DNA from: Monocercomonoides exilis PA203
Taxonomy: Eukaryota > Protista > Preaxostyla
Reading direction: 5' to 3'
Length of the DNA: 64,000 nt
Assembly (NCBI GenBank): GCA_001643675.2
Contig: LSRY02000003.1
Span: 62,001 to 126,000, forward strand
Part shown: one piece after another, positions 12,301 to 24,968 of the stretch
Numbering within the stretch: position 1 is the first letter of the stretch
Layout: every line of letters begins with the position of its first letter
Notes under the pieces: generated by a model
Databases searched by the model: none
The model's input: only the letters and a program-made list of their open reading frames with translations
Told to the model about the DNA's origin: nothing
Made by a program: the position numbers and the translations under genes

Positions 12301-15300
12301 CACGGTGGAACACAGAAACATCTGATGCGAAGACGTCGTTAATTTCATTCTGCAATGAAGAATGTGAATGGTGTAAATGTTGAGATGGAGATGAAGAAAA
12401 AGAGGATCTTGCGATGGAATGATTTGTTCTCCCTCGAAAATAATTTTTTGGAGATTCACTCCGCTTCTCTTTTAAATGGTGAAGTTTGCGAGAAAGAGAA
12501 GAAGGTCTTGAAGAGGAAGAAGAATAGCGAGCCCTTTCTGTATTAGCACATGCTGCTGACTTTCGGCTGAAAATACGATGAAACAAAGAAAATAAATTAC
12601 CAGCAGAATCGTCATCAGCATGATCGCTTTTACAGAACTCAGGCTCAAATGTTTGAAATGCAAATAAAGACTTTGATTTTTGATCTGACAAATTGTCTCC
12701 TTTTGAATTGTCAGTCTGCTCGATGTTAGGATTATTGCTATTGCGATTCAGATTGACAGAATCGTGTTCCGATGGCTTTCTAAAGCCATGTGATTCTTTG
12801 CAACGTGATGTTGGTTTAACATCACCAGAAGAATCAGAAATACTCGTAAAGCTGTTTAAAGCGTAATTATCACTCAAAGGATTTTGAGAACTGAATTGTT
12901 CGCTAATTAATGATGTTCGATCAATTGCGTTGATTGGATTTGTGCTCCTTGCAGCATTTGTATCAAACTCGTTGCATTTGTCTATTTCACCCAGCATTCG
13001 AAAATCGTCTGATATTTTGGAACAGTTTCCTGTATCCAACCTGTCAAATACAAGGTTGGCTGTATACCTTCTTGCTTGCTCCTCTGCATCTCCTTCTCCT
13101 CCGCCTTCTGCATCAGGCACATTCTCCGTGTCTGTCTCATTCTTGTCATCAACAGCAATCAGCGAGTCGAATGATGCTTCCATCCCAACATCCACATTCC
13201 ACTCCATCAAATCCAATAAATTCACTTTTTTTTGGTTAAGAGCAGCCAATCGCCATTTCGTAGGTATAAGCGCAGGACTAACGTTTCTTCTTTTTTTGGT
13301 TTGCTTTTCTGTTTGAATTTTACTTTTTTGCTTGTTTTCTTCTTCAGCTTGTCTTTTGCTGTTGTTTTGTTGCAAGCCTTCCTGTTCTTCTTCTGAAAGT
13401 TGTTCTTCATATGTTCCACTTCCGTAATCGTTTGTCACCAATTTCACCATTTTCGGTTCAACCCACGTGTAATCAACGTTTTTCCATGAGCTCAACGAAG
13501 CAGATGTGGTGTAGAGTCTCTCAAACTGCTCAGCGCATTCTTCCACAGTCTCCAGCACAAGGCCCTTGTCTTCATCGATGTAATAGTCAGCCATGTCGTC
13601 GAAGTCTGTGCTGTTGTACTTCACAACATACATCGCATGCTGAAGCAGATCCACCACGTAGTTCACATTCTGACTGATCGCAATGGCATCTCTTTCATTC
13701 TCTGTGTATACAATTGCCACTGAAAAATGCTGTCTCACCAACAGAAACGAGAACAGGAACAGCCCAAAGACTGTTGTCAGAGCCACAACCAGCGGCAAAG
13801 TTATGCGCCATCCTGTTCCTGTTCCCTTTTTGGCACCTAACATCTCGTCGGTCAGGTTGAGCTTGTGTCTGTTGGATGAGCGAGCTTCTTTCTTTGCTTT
13901 CTTCTTCTTTTGTTTGCGTTGATTATGAACAGAATTCGGTGAATACATTGAAGGTGTATGAGGAAGTGGTGAATTGTCGTTGAGACTGTACTGACTGAGC
14001 ATGTTATGCTGATCATATGTGTGCACACTTGACGCCTTTGATATCAGAGATGATGTCGATGCGATGCCAGCTGATGAGAAGACTCCAACTCCACCGTTCG
14101 CATTGAACGCAACATTCTGCTGCTCTTCTGGATCACCATAGCCCAGCTGTGAGATGTAGTTGTCTCCAGCAGCGTTTTCATACGACAGCATCGACGTCAG
14201 CACGGTTTCTTCCTCAAACGCATCTGCCTCCTGCAACAGCGATATAGCTGCTGCCTCATCGAAAAACACGTCCCGCAACAAAAGTGAAAATGCCCTCATG
14301 ACATTTGGCGAGTTTGGATGAGATTCCAACAGGCTGATGTAGATCTTCTGTGAGCTCATCCCGTTCTCCAGCGCCTTCAGCGTGTGGCCCATCACCTGCT
14401 GCACATCCACCAGTCGACGCGAAATGAGTGCAAATGCTCTTATCAGATGCGCCTTTGCGGTCTGATACAGCCGCTCTGCCTGCTGCATCTGCACGTGAAT
14501 GTTGTACGACGAGCTCAGTCCACCCTGTGCATCTGTGTCTCTCTCTTCTCCGCCAATCTTCTCATCTCCAAAGTCGTCCAAATGGCCTTGCGATCCGCTC
14601 CCGCCACATCTTGCTCCTCGTCCTTCGCTCATAATGCGCTCCATCTCTTTCATCTTCGCAAAGCACACCCAGCGGTTCGTCCAGCCCGGGTGCATGTCCA
14701 TCGCCCGCTGCAGCTGAGTGCCCATTCGCAGCGGGCGGTTGCAGAACTCTTCCACAAACAGCGCATACGTCACCCGCAGATCTGCTGAGCCAGAAAAGCG
14801 CTCTTTTCTGATTGCTTCGTGGAGAATTGACTCAGTGAACTCGACGATGGCAGTAAATGCTGGAGATTCATTTGAAGAAGGCGAGTTGAGCGGATGAGTG
14901 GCTCGTTTGACAGGGCAAGTGGCTGTTTCGAGGGACTCGTCATACAAAAAGCGGATGCTTTGCTCGACTTCTTCGGGTGTTTCGAGTGTTTTGACAATAG
15001 ATTTGACCAAAGACGGGTGAATGGCTGGGATATCCGGAGGAGAGCATTCTTCGAGAGAAGGAGGAGAGAAAGCAGAACAAGCAGAGGAAGATGATGAGGA
15101 ACAGGAAGGCGCTGTATACGAAAACGGAACATTCTGAGAGAAAAACGGAGATGCACGCAAAGTGCCTGGCACGGTTGGGGTAGAGGACGCAGAAGAATAT
15201 GAAGGAGAAGAAGCCAAAGAAGCAGTTGATGTGGTTTTGTTCGTCGGCAGGTTCGTTGAATGTGCAGCTGCGGCTGTTTGGACAGCGATGCGCGCAGGTG

Positions 15301-17230
15301 GGGTAAAGTTGGAATAGGACGAAAAGGGATACTGTGCTGTGGGTGAAAGAGAGCTGACTGATGTTTGATGGGGAGATGGCATCATTGGAGCAAAAGAGGA
15401 GGCAGAAGACGGTGTTGCTGAAAGACCAGAAAAAGGCAGCGATGAGTTGATGTTCTGTTTTGAGGTAGACAGGCGCAGAGAGCTCTGCAATTGAGGCTGA
15501 ATCTGAGGCTGAGGTAGAAGCTGGGGCGACATATCAGACAGAAGCAGAATGTTGGAAGAGGAAGAAGGAGTGGCTGAAGAAGGCACTTGGGGTGAAAATG
15601 GCTGAGAGAAAGGAGAAGGCGAGGGAGAAGGCAAAGAAGAGTTGGGGAATGTCTTTTGGAGATATGCATGTGATTGGTCTGCGCGAGAAAGAAGAGGAAA
15701 TCTAGCAGAAGGAGATGAAGAAGACAAAGATAAAGATGAAGAGAAGGCATGCAATGAAGAAAGGATTGATTGCGAACAAATTTGGCCTTGCGGAATTTCA
15801 GAGAATGTTTCATATTTCGAAGAGAACAGTGACTGCTCAATGACATTCTTTCCATTGCGTATGAAAGCAGAGCATACGCCTCTTTTAGCTTTCTTCTCTT
15901 TCAGTCGGTGGATCATCAGTTTCTGTTCTTTTTCTTTTGTTTTCTTCGTTTCTTGGTGCAACAGATCAATTTTCTCGCTTATTTTATAAAATGCCGGCAA
16001 AATAATCAGTTTCCTCTTAAACAGATACATAGCAGCACATGCAGCTGAAACACCTCCTAAAACAGGAAGCAATATCATTCCTATCCAAAACAGCAGGATT
16101 GGCGCAAAAACAGGCGGAGGTGATTCTCCCTGCTGCCACAAGTCCATAGCACAACCAAGAACAGACATCACTCCAGCTCCAAAAACAACACCCAGGCCAG
16201 CAGAAGCAATGCAGTTGGCTCGCAGTCTGTGGAATGGACACGAAAGCACAAATAACACTGTCAATATAAGAAACACAGATGCGTGAATAACACAGCTTAT
16301 AAGGGGATATGAACGTTGAAGGACTGTTACAACAACTACATCAACATTTATAACAAAAATAAAACCAGATAAAATTGTTCCTCGTCGTTGTGAGAATAAC
16401 TGTCCAGTTCTTCCATTTGGCTGAAACACAAAAAAATGATAAAGCACATTAAATGCAATAAGTACAGCTGCAAAAATTGCATTTATTATCACAAATGCAA
16501 TTGTGCCTGAAAAGTCGCAATATTGTTTATTTGAATCTGTAACTTCAATGAGGCATTCAACAGGCTTTGAAAGCGTAACTAAAAAAGGTGTTCTTCCGAT
16601 GTGACTAATAATCAACCCTAAAAACTGTGTGTTAACCAGTAATATTGAATGTATTTTCCTTTCATGACGAAAAAGAACACAAAAAATGATGATTCCAACA
16701 ATTGTCAAAACAATGCTCAATATAAAAAGCGACGAAAACACAATCAAATTTACTAAGCTAGGAGTGTAAAATGATGGATCAATGTACATCCTTATAAAAA
16801 TATTTGAAAGAGTTAAATATTTGTGCTCTATTTCCATATAAAAATTTAGTAATCAAACCCAATCACTCGAATCACTTCACCAATTCCACTAGATATTGCA
16901 GAACCGCTTTTAAATGGTAAAAACATTAGCTGGAACACTTCAAGGCAACAAATTAAAATTGTAAAAAATGACCCTATTTGAAGTGCTTTCTGAATGGAAA
17001 AAATAAATGAATGTATTTTTTAATATGAAAAAATAATATTAATAAAGGCAAACGTGTTTGAATGTGTAAAGGCAAGTAAATAGCCTGATTTTCAAAATTA
17101 AGTTAAAAAAAGAAATTTTTTAATAATTTAGTTCATACAAATCCTCAACTGTTCCAAATCGTGTATAAGGCATGTTGCTGCTGCAATCAACTCTTCTTGA
17201 ACCGACTGACTGTGTATCTACTTCATGCAT
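9317..17230 (-). CDS. TmcB/TmcC-like multi-pass membrane protein with TPR-like region and C-terminal hemerythrin-like domain; 4 exons (17230-17139, 17084-17054, 16989-16859, 16790-9317)
   Basis: 2506-aa ORF with an N-terminal TM bundle, TPR-like motifs (YALFVEEF..., YISLLESHPNSPNVMRAFSLLLRDVF) and two pairs of later TM helices. Hemerythrin motifs: TGIAILDDAH, HFTLEESLM, EHYAVH. Three GT-AG introns (17085-17138, 16990-17053, 16791-16858) extend the frame to MHEVDTQ. Confidence 0.75.
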
Positions 17231-17458
17231 GCGAAAAATACCTTTGCCTCGATTTGTTCGTTTTGAGAATAATTTGTTATGGTTGAGCCAGTTAGTAATC
17301 ACTTGATAATAGTCAAAATATATTAAAAATTTTTGGTTTAATTTATCTACTGGTCATTTTTCATCTGTTTCCGGTGTGAAAAATAAATAATCTAAATTGA
17401 ATTTTTCTTTAAAGTTTTATAAAATATTGAATAAACAATGAGAAAAAATGAAGTGCAT

Positions 17459-20400
17459 CTGAACAAAAAATTCTCTCTTTTCCAAGCAATATTTGTGAAT
17501 CACTCGAAAGCAAAAGAAAAAAAAATACTATTTTTGAATAACAAACTTATTCAAAAAAAAAAAGACAAAGCAAAGAATGAATGAAAATCACTACAAAAAA
17601 CACTCATGCATTCAAACACAAAGGCGATGATGATGTGAGTTGAGAGCAACAATGTTCATCACAAAACCAAAAGAAAGAGAGGAAGAAAGAGAGAGAGTGT
17701 GTGTGTGTGTGCTCATTTGATAACGCCCACCTCCACCAGCACCACAAACACTGCAAACACCACATAGCACCCGATCAGCACCAGCCCCAGCCACCGCTCA
17801 AACTGCCGCCTCCGCACCGCCCCGCACACAACAGAGCACGCCACGCTCCCGAAGATCGACGCCACAAGCACAATCTTGTCCCCGCTGAAGCTCACCGGAA
17901 TCGCCCCGCCCCCTTTCTTGCCCCGCCCCTGCCGCACAAAGATCGCCACCGACGAGATCCCAATCCCCAGCAGCGTGTTCAGCAGCGGGCCCGAGTAGCA
18001 CGCCGACACCGCCATCGTCGGCCGCCCTGCCCGCGCAATCCCGATGTTCGCCACCACATCCCCCAGCGCATCCCCCCAGCTCAGGATCGTCGCGCTCATC
18101 ACCCCGTTCGAGATCGACAGCAGGTGCCCCAGCATCTGGATCGTCGCCACCAGCTCGTTCGCGATCGCATTCATCCAGATCACCGCCATGCTCACCTCCC
18201 ACACCGCAAACACCGCATCCACATGCCCCACCTTCTCCCGCACTGCTGCCGAGTTCACCGCCACCGCCACCGGCGCCACCACCACCACCCCCACAATCAG
18301 CCCCACATGCCACGCCACAAAGCCCCCTGCCACCTCGCTCCCCCAGCTGTGCGTCAGCAATAGGATGCACAGCGGCGAGCACACAGACACCACCACCAGC
18401 CGCACCACGTTGTTCCGCCCCACCTTCGGGTGCGTCGCCACACGCAGCACTGTGAACGGAAACTCTGCAATCGCAACTCCCTTCGACACCCAGCTCCGCC
18501 CCTCCCACTCCATCCACCCCTTCACACACTTCACACAATATACCCCCAACTTCCGCCAAAAACCCCCCGACCCATCAATAGACTCCCAGCTAAAATCTTC
18601 TTCCTCCTTCTCCTCTTCCTTCTCTTCCTTCTCGCCTCCGCTCCCATCTTCCCCGTTGATCGCCATCGCACCTGCCTTCTCCTCCAGCCCGTATCCACTC
18701 AGCCGCTCCTCCCCACCCAGCAGCCTCGTGCTCGCCTCGGCCCCTGCCCCAAACCCTTCCGCCTCTTTTCCTTCCCCACTGTTGATTGATCCCTGCCGTT
18801 GCTTCCCCTCCTCTCCTCCGTTCCCCACTATCCTTCCCCTCCTCCTCCTCACCCGCTTCTCCACCTGCTCCAGCACCACAGAGAACCCCACATACACCCC
18901 ATACATCACAAAGAACACCACCGTCATCCCCACAGACATCTTCTTCGCTGCCAGCGCCACCACCACCAGCAGCACACTCACCACATACGCCGGCGCATCC
19001 TTGTACAGCACCTTCGCCTCCATCCGGAACGGCCGCATCAGCGTGATCACCGCCACCAGCAGCGTCACTGTGAACAGCCCGCTCCCCAGCGCCTCCCCCA
19101 TGCTGATCGTCAGGCTCCCGTTCGACGCCCCCGCCAGCTGCGAGAACAGGTCCGGCGCCCCGTTCCCAAACGACAGCAGCGTCATCCCCGCCACCGCCTC
19201 GCTCAGCCCGATCGCATCGCTGATGTGGATCAGCGACGGCACAAAATACGTGTCTGCTGTGCTCCCCAGCAGCACAAACAGATACCCCATCACACACAGC
19301 AGCACCACATAGAACCACCCGGGCCCTCGCCCAAACCCGCAGTAGTACAGCTCGATGTACGGCACAAACGCATCGCCCCCAAACTCGCTGCAGTTCTCCT
19401 TCACAAACCCGCACTTGTCCAGCCCCGCCTCCTTCGGGATGATGCATGTGTCTTCGTCGTCCTCCTCGTCGTCCTCGCTGATCTCCGGGCGCTGCTGCCC
19501 CCCAAACGTCCCGTTCACCCCGCGCGTGGCGTTCGCCTCGTCCGCCTGCCGCTGCCTCCTCGCAGCCTCCCGCGCCTCCCGCTGCGCCATCGCCTCGTAT
19601 TTGCCCTGCACGTTCCGAACTGGAACCAGCCAGTGCGCTGCCCCGAGCATGCACACAACCCCAACAAACAGGAGCACCCGGAAAAGCACCGGCCAAAACC
19701 TGCACGACGGAGTGCACATCCCAGCGCTTTGCTGGGCTTTCGACTTTGCGTTTGAAGCATTTCTCTTCCAAGCTTTCATCGCCATATCTGCTGTGCGCAA
19801 CGCAATACCTCGCAAAGCGTATCCTGTGGCTGCGCATCGCAGCAAAACAAACACAAAACATCCCCAGAGGAGACAATCGAAAAAACAATGAAAATCTTGC
19901 AAAGACGAGCGCAAAGACTAAAATAATGCTCAAAAACACAAAAATTCGAGAAACACCTGCAGGCAAATGCAGGCATTCCTCCTCACCTGCACCGCCTACC
20001 AACACCCCTCACGCCAGAAACAACATACCAAACAGCCAGATATCGCCAACTTTGTTATGGGCAGCTCTCACAAATTTTAAAAAAAACTCTGTTTTTTCAA
20101 CCTTCTCGGCTCTGATTCAGGATTCACGTTCTCGCATGGAACTGCACAGCTTAAAGAGAGACTTTTGTAAAGCAAGGTGAGAAGGGGGTTCGAGCTGCTG
20201 GATGAAGAGGAGCACACAAAACATGAAAATCACGCAGAAGAGGAGGCGATGCCGCTGGGGAAATGTTGGAAAGATATTAGAGATATGAAATTAGATGGAT
20301 GTTTTGAAAGTGAGCGGAGGGAAACATCACTGCAAAGGACCAGGCAGAAGATGCTTGATTTTTTTTTATGATTTTGCAAATGCAAGCTTCGCATGGTTCC

Positions 20401-21450
20401 TTCAACGGGAATGTGAGGCAGTGTGCCTGCAATTGCTGTGAGGAAAGGGACGATGGAAGGTGGAGCTGGAGACGCTCCGTTGATTGGCTGGTTTTTGGGA
20501 AGCCGATGGAGCAGCAAAGTTCAAGCTGAGTGCTCAGAAAGTGAGGTTTCGTGATTCACACTTCACTGAAAGCGATGGGTCATCTCTTTGGAAAAACATT
20601 TTTTGTGGGGAGTGGGGTGGGTTTTGGCAGAAGCGCTGCTGGGCTGTGTGTGGAAGAGCAGTTATTTTTGGAGGCGAAAGCTCTGAGGCACTTGTGGGGA
20701 GAGTTGACAATCAATGTTGAGTGAGTGAAGTTGAGTTCGCCATGTGCGAAGGAAGATTTGATTTAAAAAGAAAAAAGTGCGTTGAAGATATTGATTCTGG
20801 GGTTGTGGAGATGTGTGAGGAGGTGATGGCAGTTTGGATGCGTGTGGTGAAGAGAGAAGAGAAAAAGACGAAAGCATTGATGGAAAAGGAGCACATTAAA
20901 GATGACTTTGGGGGATATGATTGCAGAAGAGAGAAAAGGAATGCAATGTGAAACAGAAATAGGGGATGCACTTCTTTATGCGTCTGGATGCTTGGGAGGA
21001 GCATGAGATGAACTTTTTTGGGGAAATGAATCTGCTCAGAGAAAATGCCTGATGATGGGAAATATCAGACAAATGAGCCTCTGTGATGTGAAAAATCGAA
21101 CATTGTGCATTTGCAGTATTCTTTTTCTCTTTTGATGAAATTTGACTTTTTGTGTTTTTATGACAAGATGTCTATTTCATTATTTTGTTCTGATGTTATG
21201 CTTGTGGCAGTTTGAAATTCAAAACTTTTCGTTTTTGTGTTGTTTGTGCTTCATTGCAAGCCTTTCTATGGATTGGCGTTCAGAACAGTGAGGAGCCTGC
21301 TTTGAGTCTTTTTTTTTTTTGCTGATGGTGAGCAACACGTCACAGCCAAAGCATTCCGTGTGCTACTTCAAATCCTTTTTGAACAAAAGCATTTTTCCCA
21401 ATCACAACCTTTTCGGTTCTTTTCAGTTCAATAATTTTCATTTGTATCAA
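17459..21450. repeat. Arm A of large inverted duplication (partner ~45672-49648)
   Basis: Reverse-complement match throughout. The exchanger CDS is near-identical and the flanks are visibly more diverged. Ends approximate. Confidence 0.9.
17713..19785 (-). CDS. Cation/Ca2+ exchanger (CaCA superfamily, CCX/NCLX-like), copy 1
   Basis: Alpha-1 repeat GMTLLSFGNGAPDLFS, alpha-2 repeat ATILSWGDALGDVVAN...MAVSACYSGPLLNTLLGIG, and the Cys-rich ectodomain typical of CCX/NCLX (KCGFVKENC...YIELYYC). First ATG at 19785; frame open to 19914. Confidence 0.92.
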   Translation of the reverse strand: MAMKAWKRNASNAKSKAQQSAGMCTPSCRFWPVLFRVLLFVGVVCMLGAAHWLVPVRNVQGKYEAMAQREAREAARRQRQADEANATRGVNGTFGGQQRPEISEDDEEDDEDTCIIPKEAGLDKCGFVKENCSEFGGDAFVPYIELYYCGFGRGPGWFYVVLLCVMGYLFVLLGSTADTYFVPSLIHISDAIGLSEAVAGMTLLSFGNGAPDLFSQLAGASNGSLTISMGEALGSGLFTVTLLVAVITLMRPFRMEAKVLYKDAPAYVVSVLLVVVALAAKKMSVGMTVVFFVMYGVYVGFSVVLEQVEKRVRRRRGRIVGNGGEEGKQRQGSINSGEGKEAEGFGAGAEASTRLLGGEERLSGYGLEEKAGAMAINGEDGSGGEKEEKEEEKEEEDFSWESIDGSGGFWRKLGVYCVKCVKGWMEWEGRSWVSKGVAIAEFPFTVLRVATHPKVGRNNVVRLVVVSVCSPLCILLLTHSWGSEVAGGFVAWHVGLIVGVVVVAPVAVAVNSAAVREKVGHVDAVFAVWEVSMAVIWMNAIANELVATIQMLGHLLSISNGVMSATILSWGDALGDVVANIGIARAGRPTMAVSACYSGPLLNTLLGIGISSVAIFVRQGRGKKGGGAIPVSFSGDKIVLVASIFGSVACSVVCGAVRRRQFERWLGLVLIGCYVVFAVFVVLVEVGVIK

Positions 21451-22029
21451 ACTTTAAATTTTTAAAAAAAAAAACATTCCAAATATCATCGAAAAAATAA
21501 TGCTCTTCAACAAATACTTACTCTGATAAATAAAATATATTTGTCAAAATTGAAATGTGGATGAGGAAATTTCATAAAATAAAAAACACTCCTTCAGGTT
21601 CTTTGTAATCAACTCATAAGAAAACTGAAGTTTTTCTCCAGAACAAAATTCAAGCATAAATGTCTAAAAGAGAAGATAGAAAGAAATGAAAAGAAGCAAA
21701 AATACTTCCAATGAAATATATTGATTCAAATATGCTTATTGTCAATTCATTTTCTTTTGCAAAAGTTTGTTATCCACAGTAAAGAATGAGTTAATTTAGA
21801 TCAACAAGAACCAAACAATCCACATTTAAAAAAAAATAGAAAGAAAGAAAGAAAATAAAGAAATTAAAGAAAATAAAGAATAAATATTTCATTATCCTCT
21901 CAAACATGTCTATCCAATAAATCAAATTTTTAAAATATAAAAAAAATTTCTATAACTCGATTGTAGAGGTTGTATTAATATAAATTTAATTTTCTGCTTT
22001 TGCAAGCAGAAAAGAGCGTTGATATAAAT

Positions 22030-23415
22030 TTAAACTTTTATCCAAATCTGAGGTTGACCATTGCGCATAGTGATTGTTATTCCTGTGTTGAGAACTGTTT
22101 GTGTGGCACCTGAATACAGCTCTCTGATCTTATCTCCAGCTTTAAATGGCAAATATGTAACATTTCGAGAAAATTGAGTGTTATATTGGTTTGTTGTGCA
22201 AACAAGTGTGCTTCCGCGGGAGAATGCATAAAAGACATCATCAACAAATCGTTCAACGTGAGGATCCTTTGGATTTATTTTTTGTCTTTGTTTTGCTGCA
22301 ACTGCAATAAATTTGTACAGTTCGTGATTCTTGTTCCAGCCAGCTGCCCACAATGGTTCTCTGTTCTGGGGATCGTCTCCTCCTTTGAATCCTTGGTCTG
22401 AACCATAATATACAAGAGGAATTGAAGCGCTCAAGATATTAAACGCAAGCGCATTTTTCAGTGATTTCCAATCGCCATTAATGTTCAGCCAACGTTTGTT
22501 ATCGTGATTATCCACAAATCCTCCCAACAGTGTCACATCAATATTTGCGTTTGCATATTCTTCAAAGCGCTGTCTTATCTGATAGCATGATTGACGATAT
22601 GCATAAACGTTCATAAGTGTATAATACATTGGATAAGACAAATGTCCTGGAAATGCATCAGCATAAGGCTTCAGATATTGAACGCTTCCGTCAAACACCT
22701 CTCCCAGTTTGTAAATTCCAGGAACTTTCTGCTCCAACTCTTTCCAGAACCAAACTGGAACATGTTTAATTGTATCGATTCTAATTCCATCTAATGAATA
22801 GTTGCTGATTATCCATTTGCACCACTTAATCAATTCATCCTTGACATAGGTATTTTCTTGTTTCAAGTCAGGAAGTCCTGCAATGCGGCAATTTTCAACC
22901 TGCCACTGATTGTGCCAGTCTGAAACATCACACCAGTCGTGATAATGTTCAGCTTTGTTGAATGGATAAATTTTTGAAAAATCTGTTCCAACTGGACCAG
23001 CATGATTGAATACCAAATCAACCATCACCCAAATATCACGTTTTTTGCATTCTCTCAAAAATTCACGGAATTCACTTTCATTTCCGTAGTTTGTGTTCAA
23101 CGCATAGAAATTGGTTGCGTGGTATCCATGATATGATCCGGGTGTGTTTTCGACAATTGGTGAAATCCAAATTGCATTCATTCCAAGATCCTGAATGTAG
23201 TCCAAATGGTTGATGATTCCTCTGTACGTCCCACCGCAATAACTTCCAAGTGAGCAAGAAGCATTTCGATCATCTGATCTTGCAAAACGATCCGTTAAAA
23301 TTTGATAAATGACTCTTGTCTTCCATTCTTCATTAGTTCGGCCCAATTGGACATTTTCTTCGCAAATTGTGCTTGCAATAGCTGCACAAACGTACAAAGC
23401 AATTTTAGCCCACAT
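22030..23415 (-). CDS. Secreted alpha-amylase, glycoside hydrolase family 13
   Basis: Signal-peptide-like N-terminus (MWAKIALYVCAAIA), IYQILTDRFAR, GMNAIWISP, YHGYH, DLVFNH, and catalytic DGIRIDTIKH / GEVFD / FVDNHD. Intronless. ATG at 23415. Confidence 0.95.
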   Translation of the reverse strand: MWAKIALYVCAAIASTICEENVQLGRTNEEWKTRVIYQILTDRFARSDDRNASCSLGSYCGGTYRGIINHLDYIQDLGMNAIWISPIVENTPGSYHGYHATNFYALNTNYGNESEFREFLRECKKRDIWVMVDLVFNHAGPVGTDFSKIYPFNKAEHYHDWCDVSDWHNQWQVENCRIAGLPDLKQENTYVKDELIKWCKWIISNYSLDGIRIDTIKHVPVWFWKELEQKVPGIYKLGEVFDGSVQYLKPYADAFPGHLSYPMYYTLMNVYAYRQSCYQIRQRFEEYANANIDVTLLGGFVDNHDNKRWLNINGDWKSLKNALAFNILSASIPLVYYGSDQGFKGGDDPQNREPLWAAGWNKNHELYKFIAVAAKQRQKINPKDPHVERFVDDVFYAFSRGSTLVCTTNQYNTQFSRNVTYLPFKAGDKIRELYSGATQTVLNTGITITMRNGQPQIWIKV

Positions 23416-23773
23416 TCTTTTCAAAATATATGTTACAACCTTCGATAAACGAAAATTGTTGATCTAATCCATTTTTACCTAATATTACCCATAATATATA
23501 AATAATCATTATTTTGTTCGGTGTTTTATTATTTGAAATCCGCACAGAAAATAAGTTAACAACTAATCAATATATATTAATTTAAACCAAGTAAATGAAG
23601 CATTTACAAATTAAATCTATTATTTAAAAAATTTAAATTAAATTAAAATATAAATTATGATTTTTTTAGAAATAATTGAAATAATTTCAAAGGTTTCACA
23701 TTAATAAACAATATACTCACATGCACTCAACACAAGTCATCTGTCATAAACAATTCATTGAAGAAGCATTTCG

Positions 23774-24933
23774 TCAAGGGATCTGAGAGAAGGGGATGGT
23801 GGATGGCTCGAATGGAAGAGGAAGGAGAGGAGCGCTGGATGAAAGATGCTGCTCCAACCCCATCTTCGCTGCTTTCTCCTTGTGCTTCTCCTTCTCCATC
23901 TCTTTTTCTTTCTCCTTCTCAATCTCCTTCTCAATCTCCTTCAGCCTCTCCCTCAGCCTCTCCTTCCGCCTGTTCTTCTTGTTCTTGTGCTGCGTCTTCG
24001 TGTTCACTGCCAGCTTGTCAAACACCCACAGATACTTCTGCTGGTGCGGCGTCCTCCAGAACTGCCACTCCCTCCGCTTCCCCAGCACCCCCTCCAACCC
24101 CTTCCTCCGCTCCTCCCTCATCCGCCTCCTCACACCCTCAACCACCCTTCCTTTGCCTCCACACCTTCTCCCATACTCATCCTCAGATTGATGTTCGGTG
24201 GCTGTGTTGTTCACAGCAGGAGGCCTCTCTCCTGCTCCTGCCAGCCAGCCACAAAGTGGAAGAACAGCCACACACTCCTCCTTCTTCTCTCTCTCTTCCA
24301 ACTCTCGCAGATTGCACAAAGTCGGTGTGTTTGCACGCGATGCCACAGAACAGCACAGCAGAGACACAGCACACGGAGATGCCACACGAGAAGGCACAGT
24401 GCAGAGGCCCTTCTCCCCCACTCCCTGTGCTGTGTGCTGCCTCCATCCAAAAGAAGGGGGAGGACGAAGGCCGCTCGACGGCAGCACTTTCCCTCTTGCA
24501 CTCCCATCCGTCCTGTGCTCATCAAAACCTCCTCTTCTGCCCATCCTTTCTCCAATGACACCAAACAGTCCTGTTTTCAACCACATCCCTCCCTCCCCTT
24601 TTCCACCCTCAACCACCTCTTTCATCTTTTCCATCTCTTCTATCTTTTCTATTTCTTTCATATCTCCGCCTCCCCCCTTTCCTTCTCCATTTCCCCTCCC
24701 CCTCCACCCTTCCTCCCTCCCTTTCTTCTTCCTCCGCTCCCGCTGCGCCTCCCTCATCATCGCCAGCCGGTACAGCTCCAGGTCGCTCAGCTCCCTCAGC
24801 CACCCAGACACCCGCTCCTTCTCTTCTTTCTCCCGGATCGCCTCCTCCAGCTCCTTGATCGCCTCCCTCACCTCGTCTCCATCGCCCTTGCTTCCCTCTC
24901 TGCCTCCCTCTCCACCCCCAATACCACCATCGC

Positions 24934-24968
<35 letters not shown>

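Noticed and set aside
17701-20005. Long overlapping and antisense ORFs over the exchanger (and mirror copies at 47-49 kb, 23.7-25.7 kb, 40.6-42.6 kb)
   Set aside because: Shadows of extreme GC3 bias; no domain content.
20100-21420. Coding-like purine-rich sequence upstream of the exchanger
   Set aside because: Frames are not conserved between the two arms and no family was recognised; at most an unidentifiable relic.
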